Positions 1-7,765 of a stretch of DNA of 29,742 nucleotides are shown piece after piece (positions within the stretch are counted from its first letter, which is position 1; every line of letters begins with the position of its first letter). The position numbers were made by a program, and so were the translations under genes. Below the pieces are notes generated by a model. It worked only from the letters and a program-made list of their open reading frames with translations, was not told where the DNA came from and ran no database searches. The stretch comes from Methanoregula sp. (GTDB lineage Archaea > Halobacteriota > Methanomicrobia > Methanomicrobiales > Methanospirillaceae). The stretch covers positions 1 to 29,742 of the forward strand of contig JBDKTL010000044.1 in assembly GCA_039698055.1 (NCBI GenBank), given 5' to 3'.

Positions 1-571
1 CGTCGAATTTCCGCACCATGACAAGCGTCCCCCGGGCCGGGCCGGTCATGTTGGTCGTCGTTATCCCGTACCCGACAATGATCACCGGCTGGCCGTCAAG
101 AAGGGAAAATCCCCGCCGGCCCGAGACACCGCCCGGCATCCCTTCCGGGATAATGCTGTTTTTTACCAGTGCGGTCAGGTCACCGGTTATTGGCAGCTCC
201 GCCCCGTTTTCAATATCATAGCCTTTCGCATAGACCAGCGACCCCGACACATCGTAAAAGAGCATGTAGTTAATGCCAAGGTTTGTAAACGTTGTCGGCG
301 ATGCAAGGTTCGACTGGATATACCCGGGGTTTTTGTCGTCGATAAACCGGTACGTGTCGTCCCATTCTGCCCGGCCCCGGCATTGCGCCGCCACCTGCTC
401 GACCTGGTCGTTCATGCTGGAAAGAACGCGCTGCATGTTGGCAGTTGCCTCCTGCCGTTCGATTGCACCGAACGATTCGATGATGACCGACTGGGTAATA
501 TAGCTTAAGGCGAGGAGGAAAACGACAATCGTACCTATCAGGATAAGACGCGAACGGGTACGAATCTTCAA
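1..571 (-). CDS. CHASE4-domain membrane sensor protein, N-terminal part (runs off the window; probably a histidine kinase or PAS sensor)
   Basis: Not in the ORF track. Manual translation from TTG at 571, with GAGGT upstream, gives MKIRTRSRLILIGTIVVFLLALSYITQSVIIESFGAIERQEATANMQRVLSSMNDQVEQVAAQCRGRAEWDDTYRFIDDKNPGYIQSNL...GPARGTLVMVRKFD. It has an N-terminal TM helix and the CHASE4 WDDTY motif, and the frame is open to the window edge. Confidence 0.85.
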   Translation of the reverse strand, partial: MKIRTRSRLILIGTIVVFLLALSYITQSVIIESFGAIERQEATANMQRVLSSMNDQVEQVAAQCRGRAEWDDTYRFIDDKNPGYIQSNLASPTTFTNLGINYMLFYDVSGSLVYAKGYDIENGAELPITGDLTALVKNSIIPEGMPGGVSGRRGFSLLDGQPVIIVGYGITTTNMTGPARGTLVMVRKFD

Positions 572-842
572 TAAAATTACCTCGAATCACCGGTATGTCA
601 AAATAGAATATCATAGTTTTCGTCATAGAATAGTGAGTGACACGATAATTATAGAGAAGTATTGAGCAATTGCGTCGCCACAACACAAGATACGTTTGGG
701 GGCCCGGTGCCTCTGCGGCTGGCGGGTAATTCCCGCACGGTGTATCATGGGTCATTAACTGTACACCCCCCCGTTCCCGTGAAATATTCCCGGGCCGGTT
801 TTTATGCCGGCAAGAATATCCGGGGTTTCTATAGATAAATTA

Positions 843-857
843 GGAAAAAATATATAG
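843..857 (+). promoter_or_regulatory. Candidate BRE/TATA promoter of the TPR gene
   Basis: GGAAAAAA-TATATAG about 65 bp upstream of ATG 920. Confidence 0.35.
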
Positions 858-919
858 TCTCTCACCCCCAGAATAATTCAGCAGATAGCAAACATAGTTG
901 CAGGGATGGCGGTGCTCAG

Positions 920-1387
920 ATGAGTTTGTTCAGCAGCGAAAAAGACAGGACAACACCAGCAGACCCGGGAGTTCAACCTGTTAAACAGGACAGGTACCGG
1001 GAAATAGTGACGATGTATAAAAAAACGCTGCTCATCGATCCCGAAATTGCCTACAACAACGAAGGGCATGCACTCGTGAAACTGGGCCGGTACCAGGAAG
1101 CGCTGCATGTGCTGGACAAAGCACTGGCAATTGACCCGCACTATGCCGATGCATGGATCAATAAAGGCAACGCACTCAACCAACTTGACCGGTACCAGGA
1201 AGCGGTACAGGCTTTGGATGCGGCACTGGCAATTGCCGGGGATTGTGCCACGCCCTGGGACAAAAAGAAACATGCACTGAAACTGCTCATGAAACTGGGC
1301 CGGTACCAGGAAGCGCTGAATGCCCTGGATACCGCACTGGTACCCGACCTGCATTCTAAAGAAAATTCAGGAACTTGCGGGAATTAA
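920..1387 (+). CDS. Tetratricopeptide repeat (TPR) protein
   Basis: Repeated AYNNEGHALVKLGRYQEAL / AWINKGNALNQLDRYQEAV / LMKLGRYQEAL units, typical of methanogen TPR proteins. Confidence 0.88.
   Translation: MSLFSSEKDRTTPADPGVQPVKQDRYREIVTMYKKTLLIDPEIAYNNEGHALVKLGRYQEALHVLDKALAIDPHYADAWINKGNALNQLDRYQEAVQALDAALAIAGDCATPWDKKKHALKLLMKLGRYQEALNALDTALVPDLHSKENSGTCGN
1077..1318 (+). repeat. Exact 29-bp direct repeat inside the TPR gene (1077-1105 and 1290-1318), with a partial third copy at 1189-1204
   Basis: TGAAACTGGGCCGGTACCAGGAAGCGCTG occurs twice; CCGGTACCAGGAAGCG occurs three times. Confidence 0.85.
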
Positions 1388-1496
1388 CGCAGAATGAATA
1401 AAAAAAAGGTGATTGCTCAATAAAGACCCCCATAAATCAGCAATGTTATGGAAAAAATTCAAAGGATTTCATTTATTTTTAGTTTAAAGACGTTCT

Positions 1497-1545
1497 TGGG
1501 GGCTTCGCCCCCCGCCACTAGGGTATCCCCCCATATTGCGATGAT
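1497..1545. repeat. GC-rich REP-like hairpin in an AT-rich intergenic region
   Basis: GGGGGC-TTC-GCCCCC perfect stem-loop (1498-1512) followed by CGCCACTAGGGTATCCCCCCATATTGCGATG. Only one copy is in the window. Confidence 0.45.
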
Positions 1546-1966
1546 GCTGTATTACCTCATCTCATAAAATATTTTGAATTTTCTTGATCTGGCTCTGATT
1601 TCATTTGGAATATCAATCTCGTGAAAAATTTTGGTGGCGCCAAATGACGAATCACCAAAAAAAAAAAGAAAAATTTTTTAACAATCCGGAATTGGAAAAG
1701 AGAAATGAATTGTCAGGAAATTGTTCCGGCAAAATAACCATAGTTTTTTTTGTCTCTGCGGGAATTTCCTAAAAAAACCGCATAGTTAATTTTTTTAGAA
1801 ATAATTTTTCTCGTGTATATGGGAATGCAGGCATAAACTGGCGTGCAGGACATATCCTCTATGGTGCAGATTTTTTGTTTCCACGGACATATCACCTTAG
1901 ATCTCATATTATTTGTAATTGAAATCTACCGGGATTGCCGTATTGTCGGAAAAAAAGTTTTTGAGA

Positions 1967-3157
1967 TTATTCGCTTCTGAGCGCATCTATTGGATCCATG
2001 TTCGATGCCATCCATGCCGGGTACATCCCGGAAATAATACAGACCACCACACCGATGATCATTCCATATGGGATATAGATCAGGCTTTCAGGGCGGAAGA
2101 AATAGGTTGTGCTGCCAAGCATTGCATTGACAACAGAATACCCGATGACAAAACTGCAGATCCCACCCACGACTGCGCCAATGAGTCCCAAAATGATTGC
2201 TTCATACAGGAACATCCGGCGTACTTCTCCTTTCTCGGTTCCAATAGAGAGGAGGATACCAATCTCCTGCACACGTTCTTTAACCGACATCATCATCACG
2301 TTGAAGATGCTGACCGCTGCGACGACAAGAGAGATGCCGCCTATTGCCATGATAAAGGTGGTTATTGTTCCCAATGTCGACGTAATGCTTGTCAGCCGGG
2401 AACTGGCATCCATAATCCGGACAACCTGGTCATTCCGGTTTACCTTTTTGTCAATAGCAGTCTCGACATCACCGATGGTGTCAACGTTTTTTACAATAAC
2501 ATTGACCTGGTCGTACACGTCTTTATCGCCGTAATGATCGGTATACCAGGAATCAGGAACGATAATGGCATTATCTGCATTTACGCCATCCGATGCCATT
2601 CCCCGGGAAGTCAGGATACCGGCTACCCGGAGCACCGGGCGGGAATCGGTATCGGGCGAACCGATCTTAATTCGGCTGCCAATCTGCAGGTTGAAATTGC
2701 TGGCGATTGTGGAACCAACGAGTGCATCGGTTCCTCCCTTGATATTGGATCCATCTTCAATGGTGAGGAATTTGGGGATATCGTTTGGATCCAGTCCGTA
2801 AATGGATCCCCGTCCATTTGTTGAGCCAATGGTAAACTGGGTACTGGTCCGGTGTATTGGAACAACCTCGTTCTGGCCGGCAGAATTCTTGATATCATTA
2901 AGCTGGCTTTTATCAATCCCGGACGATGCGGTTGAACCCGTCGCGGTGGAACTCATCCGGACAACATCGGAAGTGATCATAACTGTGTTCACATTTGCGG
3001 AGAGTTGATCTTTTACCGAGAGCTGCATGTTTGTTCCCAGCATCCCCATCGATGAGATGGCGACGACACCGATCACGATCCCAATAGATGCAAGCAGCGA
3101 GCGCAGGAAATTCAGCCTGACACTGCGAACCGAAAGATCAAAGAAGATATCTTTCAT
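1967..3157 (-). CDS. ABC transporter permease, MacB/FtsX (SalY) family
   Basis: RSLLASIGIVIGVVAI N-terminal TM, a large extracellular domain, the SVKERVQEIGILLSIG motif, three C-terminal TMs and an MDPIDALRSE end. Confidence 0.95.
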   Translation of the reverse strand: MKDIFFDLSVRSVRLNFLRSLLASIGIVIGVVAISSMGMLGTNMQLSVKDQLSANVNTVMITSDVVRMSSTATGSTASSGIDKSQLNDIKNSAGQNEVVPIHRTSTQFTIGSTNGRGSIYGLDPNDIPKFLTIEDGSNIKGGTDALVGSTIASNFNLQIGSRIKIGSPDTDSRPVLRVAGILTSRGMASDGVNADNAIIVPDSWYTDHYGDKDVYDQVNVIVKNVDTIGDVETAIDKKVNRNDQVVRIMDASSRLTSITSTLGTITTFIMAIGGISLVVAAVSIFNVMMMSVKERVQEIGILLSIGTEKGEVRRMFLYEAIILGLIGAVVGGICSFVIGYSVVNAMLGSTTYFFRPESLIYIPYGMIIGVVVCIISGMYPAWMASNMDPIDALRSE

Positions 3158-3834
3158 GATTCGACAATCCTCCCATCTTCAAGTTCGATAACACGGTGAG
3201 CGTACTCTGCAATTTTCGGATCGTGCGTGACCAGGATAACCGTTTTTCCGTGCGCGTGCAGGTCGATAAGAATTTCCATGATCTGGAATCCTGTTTTCCG
3301 GTCGAGATTCCCCGTTGGTTCATCGCACAGGAGGATCCGGGGGTCATTTACAAGGGCCCGGGCAATTGCAACCCGCTGCTGCTGTCCGCCGGAAAGCTGA
3401 TTGGGCCGGTGAGCACTCATATTTTTATCAATACCGACTGCATTGAGCATTTCAGCTGCTTTTCCGGTCGCGTCCCGTTTTTTATATTTCAGGATCAACG
3501 GGTATTCCACATTTTCATATGCCGTTAATAGCGGGATAAGATAAAATTTCTGGAAAATATATCCAATCATATCCCGCCTCATATGCGTGCGTTCAAGCGC
3601 AGTCAAACCGGCAACATTCTTGCCGTCAATGTAAAGCGTTCCTGATGTCGGGACATCGAGAATGCCGAGATGGTTCATCATCGTGGATTTTCCCGAGCCC
3701 GACGGCCCCATAATTGCTACAAACTCGTTTTCCTGGATATCGAGCGAAACGTGGTTGAGGGCAGTAAAGTCCCCACTTTCCAAGTGGTACACTTTACTGA
3801 CATCCGTGAGGCGAATAAGAGGATCCTGGCTCAT
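3154..3834 (-). CDS. ABC transporter ATP-binding protein, LolD/MacB (SalX) family
   Basis: Walker A GPSGSGKS, signature LSGGQQQRV, Walker [13 protein letters not shown]-loop VTHD; 4-bp overlap with the permease gene. Confidence 0.96.
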   Translation of the reverse strand: MSQDPLIRLTDVSKVYHLESGDFTALNHVSLDIQENEFVAIMGPSGSGKSTMMNHLGILDVPTSGTLYIDGKNVAGLTALERTHMRRDMIGYIFQKFYLIPLLTAYENVEYPLILKYKKRDATGKAAEMLNAVGIDKNMSAHRPNQLSGGQQQRVAIARALVNDPRILLCDEPTGNLDRKTGFQIMEILIDLHAHGKTVILVTHDPKIAEYAHRVIELEDGRIVES

Positions 3835-3844
3835 TGCCGGCTCC

Positions 3845-5179
3845 TTACTGCTTCTTTATTTTTGATGCAATCCATTTCCGTTTCTTCCAGAGCACGATAC
3901 CGGCGATGATGATTATCGCACCAGCGATAACCGGGTAGAATGAACTGATTCCACCGCTCCTGCTGCCACCAATTCCAAACAAACCTCCACCGCCCCGGGT
4001 GTTTCCGCCAGCTGCTGACAGAGTGCCAACGGATGTGGACGTTCCTGAAGATCCAGAACTACCGGTACGGGCAATGGCGGCACCGTATGAGCTTTTAAGA
4101 TCAAAGGTTATGGTGCGGGAAAACGTATTGCCATCAGCATCCTTCCATTGGATTAAAACGGGAACCGATGATAGATCCGTTGTTGTAAAGTCCAGGGTAA
4201 AACTTGAAAAGTCATCAGCTGCCAGGGACCCGATAGCATAATTCGAGTATGGTTCCACCCCTTTTGCCGGAGCACCAAGTGAAAGGATCATAGCATTGGC
4301 ATCTGTGATACCGGCATTGCTTACATCACCGGTGAGCTGGTACGAAGCTCCCTGATTGACGATCTCAACGTTGTTGATAATCGGGACTGCAGCGGTTTTA
4401 TCCTCCCCGATATTTAAGGGAAGGACAACGTCGCGTGTATGCTGATTTTTCTGGCCATTCTGATACGTAATGTGGAATGTGACATTCGTTGCTTTATCCG
4501 GTGTTATGGCAAAAGGGATGTCGGCAGAACTTCCTGCATCTAATGTTTTCAGGAAATACTGGGCAGGGCTGACCGTCACGCCATCTCCTTCCGGTGTTAT
4601 AATGATATTGCTGATATCTCCATTGCGGGGATTAATCAAACTGAGATTGACCGTACTCCGTGTTGAAACCGCGAAGTTATCCGGTTTTTGTGAGATAGTT
4701 GCACGAATATCGGTTGAATCCACATCAACCTGGATAGGGTACCGGATACTTCCGGAATCCCGGGAAGCAACCGTAAAGAGGGGGAAATAGGTTCCATCGG
4801 GAGGCTTTGCCGTAACGACAAACGTATAACTCATCGTGTTTCCCGGACCCAGATACAGCATCGTGTTGTAGGGATTGCTATCATCAACAATAATATGATT
4901 GTCAATAATATCGGCACTTGTCAGCGCGACGGATTGCGTCCCGGAGTTGGTGAGCTGAACGGTGATTGTCCCCCGTTCGTACGGGTAGAAAGTCTGCGGA
5001 TCCAGCGTTACCGAACTGATATATACTGAAGAAATAGCCTGGTCTGCTGAAAGTGTGGTCGATGAACTGACGGTACTGGTGCTTGTCGAGCTTGAGGTAC
5101 TTGATCCGGTGGCTGCATCAACTCCAGCAGCCATCAGGAAAATCAAAAAGATGCTGAATATGACGTAATACTTTTTCAT
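3845..5179 (-). CDS. Cell-surface protein, COG1361 / S-layer-domain type, C-terminally membrane-anchored
   Basis: Probable start MKKYYVIF at 5179 (GGAGA upstream). Signal peptide, Ser/Thr-rich linker, Ig/CARDB-like beta domains, Gly/Ser linker, TM helix and a KKRK tail. First gene of the ABC operon. Confidence 0.85.
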   Translation of the reverse strand: MKKYYVIFSIFLIFLMAAGVDAATGSSTSSSTSTSTVSSSTTLSADQAISSVYISSVTLDPQTFYPYERGTITVQLTNSGTQSVALTSADIIDNHIIVDDSNPYNTMLYLGPGNTMSYTFVVTAKPPDGTYFPLFTVASRDSGSIRYPIQVDVDSTDIRATISQKPDNFAVSTRSTVNLSLINPRNGDISNIIITPEGDGVTVSPAQYFLKTLDAGSSADIPFAITPDKATNVTFHITYQNGQKNQHTRDVVLPLNIGEDKTAAVPIINNVEIVNQGASYQLTGDVSNAGITDANAMILSLGAPAKGVEPYSNYAIGSLAADDFSSFTLDFTTTDLSSVPVLIQWKDADGNTFSRTITFDLKSSYGAAIARTGSSGSSGTSTSVGTLSAAGGNTRGGGGLFGIGGSRSGGISSFYPVIAGAIIIIAGIVLWKKRKWIASKIKKQ

Positions 5180-5274
5180 AGGGATCTCCATTTCTTTTAC
5201 GAGGGGGATTGATATTCTGCCAGATGTTGGCAATTCTTGTCCAAGTGTCGGATTCTTTCAACAGGCAATTTTTT

Positions 5275-5313
5275 TGTAAACAATGTTTTACTTATTGTTA
5301 TATGAATCTTACT
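5275..5313. promoter_or_regulatory. Tandem palindromic operator candidate (GTAA-N8-TTAC x2) overlapping a minus-strand TATA-like box
   Basis: TGTAA-acaatgtt-TTACT then, 21 bp later, TGTTA-tatgaatc-TTACT; the minus strand reads TTCATATAA. Confidence 0.65.
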
Positions 5314-5653
5314 TAAAGGATATTATTTCTTTTAAATCCCCGGTATGGATCCAACAGGGGTAAAAAGGATTAATTCATTAGCATTTCTTTTGAGAAGTTG
5401 GGGAGTTAGAGAAACATTCAGGAAAATTTAAAAAAAATGCGAAATGTAAATTATCGGATGTGTGATTTTATGATCCCGGGCAAATACAGAGCAGTCCCAA
5501 GTCGGATATCTGTCTGAACTAAACGGCAGATCTTGAAATAATACGAGATTCTTTGCCACAGGATAATAAAAAAATCATGTGCGTCATGGTCTGGATGAAA
5601 TCACAATTAAAGTAACCAATACGGTGTAAAAAGAGAGGGTGGAAAAATGGGTT

Positions 5654-5980
5654 TTATCGTTTTTGGAATGTCTGGTTACCGTGGGTTCTCTGGTGAGCAG
5701 ACCAGTATGTTTGCATCCATGTTTTAGCCGCATCGGTGTTCCCGTCAGCCAGATCGGCTTTCAGTTCGGTCACATCGACACCGGATGATTCAAGTCTGGT
5801 TATCATCTGCTGCTGGAGGGTAACGTTGGTCCAGTCGAAACCGGTATGCCCGGTTCCGACAAAAAACTGATTGCCGTGACCCGTTGACGAAATATCTGCC
5901 GCATGCGCTATTCCGGAAAAGAGGGTCAGTGCGCAGAATACTGCAAGGGCACCATAATAGACTTTAGGTGTTTTCGTTAT
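5654..5980 (-). CDS. Small secreted protein (108 aa) with an apparent ATA start codon, or a gene with a recently mutated start
   Basis: Manual translation: (I/M)TKTPKVYYGALAVFCALTLFSGIAHA-ADISSTGHGNQFFVGTGHTGFDWTNVTLQQQMITRLESSGVDVTELKADLADGNTDAAKTWMQTYWSAHQRTHGNQTFQKR*. Clear signal peptide, AGGAG 6 nt before the ATA, and an in-frame TAG at 5990-5992. Confidence 0.72.
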   Translation of the reverse strand: MTKTPKVYYGALAVFCALTLFSGIAHAADISSTGHGNQFFVGTGHTGFDWTNVTLQQQMITRLESSGVDVTELKADLADGNTDAAKTWMQTYWSAHQRTHGNQTFQKR

Positions 5981-6034
5981 GCTCGTCTCCTATTGTGGTG
6001 TGCAGGAATGTTAAGCACACCTGCACCCACACAA

Positions 6035-6073
6035 TGTAATGTTTATTTGACATTTTGTAATATAAAGATTTTC
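6035..6073. promoter_or_regulatory. Second tandem operator/TATA element, upstream of the ATA-start gene
   Basis: TGTAA-tgtttatt-TGACA then, 21 bp later, TGTAA-tataaaga-TTTTC; the minus strand contains TTTATATTA. Confidence 0.6.
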
Positions 6074-6282
6074 ATTTCTCTACTATGTTTTACAATTTGA
6101 CAACTATAGGATATATTCTCAAAAACAAAGTACAGGGCTTTTTATCGTATTGGCAAATCCTGTAAGGTCTTTTCAGGATTGTATAAAAATTTCTACTGTA
6201 TCAGTTTTTTTCCCAGGTTTTAAGGGGCAGATGTCAGTGATGAGCCGGATAAAATATTTTTTTTAGAATAACCTGATCCCGG

Positions 6283-6501
6283 TCAATCGATATCGATGGT
6301 TCTTTCCACATCGCCATACTGGAACACATCTTCGACCGTGACATTGAAATGTCGGGCAATTTTGAATGCAAGATCGAGGGAGGGAACATATTTGCCTTTC
6401 TCAATTGCGAGAATGGTCTGGCGGGTGACACCAATCACCTTTGCAAGATCCTCCTGTGTCATATCGTGCATTGCACGGTAAACTTTGATCTTATTCTTCA
6501 T
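6283..6501 (-). CDS. XRE-family (HTH_3) transcriptional regulator
   Basis: MKNKIKVYRAMHDMTQEDLAKVIGVTRQTILAIEKGKYVPSLDLAFKIARHF is a classic XRE HTH. The start at 6501 overlaps the upstream gene's stop. Confidence 0.95.
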   Translation of the reverse strand: MKNKIKVYRAMHDMTQEDLAKVIGVTRQTILAIEKGKYVPSLDLAFKIARHFNVTVEDVFQYGDVERTIDID

Positions 6502-6955
6502 CGGTTTCCCAGTCCCCATATTTCCGGGCGTAATAAAACCTGAACCCGACATACAAAAAGATCATCAGTACAAGAATGAGAAGCTGGACATACCCCATTG
6601 ATCGCGGCGGAATGATATAGCCCAGCGGGGACGGATTTACCGGATGCCATCCCTCCCCGATATGGGGGATCGTTGGTACGCGCAGCAACTGCATGACGGC
6701 ACCAATGGAAAATGCACAGAATATTACCCATGAAACCTGCAGGGTGCGGAGTGCAGCTTTCTCGGTAATTTTTGCACCCCGTTCATCTTCAATAAGATCT
6801 TTAACCTGTTTCCTGATGAGATATATCGCGGCAATTGCGATGATAAATGCAATTTCGATAAAGATTGCCGTGTGAATCTCATCCGAATACCAGAAAACAG
6901 CAAGAAGGGCAACAGCGATGCACCCGCAGATCAGATAAAACGTATTTTTCTTCAT
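6491..6955 (-). CDS. DUF2178-like membrane protein
   Basis: Four hydrophobic segments and a DERGAKITEKAA motif; translationally coupled to the XRE gene. Confidence 0.8.
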   Translation of the reverse strand: MKKNTFYLICGCIAVALLAVFWYSDEIHTAIFIEIAFIIAIAAIYLIRKQVKDLIEDERGAKITEKAALRTLQVSWVIFCAFSIGAVMQLLRVPTIPHIGEGWHPVNPSPLGYIIPPRSMGYVQLLILVLMIFLYVGFRFYYARKYGDWETDEE

Positions 6956-6965
6956 GGCTACCTTT

Positions 6966-7004
6966 TGTAATGAAAATGAAACATTTAGTAATATAAATAT
7001 TACC
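6966..7004. promoter_or_regulatory. Third tandem operator/TATA element, immediately upstream of the DUF2178-XRE operon
   Basis: TGTAA-tgaaaatg-AAACA then, 21 bp later, AGTAA-tataaata-TTACC; 29/39 identical to 6035-6073 by manual alignment. Confidence 0.65.
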
Positions 7005-7143
7005 TAATCTGCGATAAATACATCGCCGTGCAGTATCGGGATATCAGTAAGTAATATACCGGGATAAATACCAAAAAAGTTCAGGGAAATGATTGGTTCT
7101 GTCAATCCTGTTACGACCGTGGTTTTATATTGAACGATATACC

Positions 7144-7434
7144 ATGAATTTTATGGACGAAAATGCCCAAAAACCAAGTATATTACGACTCGCTGCCGCA
7201 GTCATTTTAGGAATCATTGTCGGCTCGATTCTCTTTTTTGTTGTTGCCCTGTTCATCGGGATGTTTAATTCCCTGTCGGGTATGAATATTCCGCTGCGAA
7301 CAGATGTTACCGAAGATGTCCTTTCGGCGATCCTTCTTGTCGTCTTTATCGGGTTATCCATTACCGGGTTCTGCTGGAAAGTCTGGACTACGCCGGTCAC
7401 TGAAGAGAGTACCGGTCCTGAACCTGACAACTGA
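7144..7434 (+). CDS. Hypothetical membrane protein (2 TM, about 96 aa)
   Basis: ATG 7144; two long hydrophobic helices and an acidic tail. Start is uncertain. Confidence 0.7.
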   Translation: MNFMDENAQKPSILRLAAAVILGIIVGSILFFVVALFIGMFNSLSGMNIPLRTDVTEDVLSAILLVVFIGLSITGFCWKVWTTPVTEESTGPEPDN

Positions 7435-7765
7435 CGGATTCAACCGCCCGTTGTGCAATTTTTTTTAAATCTTTCCAGAATAATCCAATTTTTTTCACAA
7501 ATGGGTTCTGGCGGGATTTTTTTTATGTTAAATTCCGGGGACATCTGATTAAAAAACCAGGGATTCCCATCTGCCGTCCATCATCGGATACAAATTTTTC
7601 ATGGTACGCAAAAAAAAATAGATAAAATCCGGGTAGGGAAAATTTGATTCTCTATCCATAGGTTTTATCCCGGGTGCATGAAAGTTTTTTTTAAATCAAC
7701 CACAGATTGTTTTTCTGATAAGTCATGATGTGTTATCAAACGCCGGGCCCGGGGATTGCTTGTAT

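Noticed and set aside
270-755. 161-aa minus-strand ORF from the track
   Set aside because: Wrong frame; the CHASE4 frame starting at TTG 571 explains the region.
1713-1907. 64-aa Cys-containing minus-strand ORF after the ABC permease
   Set aside because: Lies past the oligo-T tract ending the operon, has no RBS, runs through homopolymer-rich DNA, and the Cys spacing fits no motif I recognise.
1919-2824. 301-aa plus-strand ORF
   Set aside because: Antisense shadow of the ABC permease; no recognisable motifs.
5903-6100. 65-aa plus-strand ORF
   Set aside because: Overlaps the better-supported ATA-start gene and its promoter on the opposite strand.
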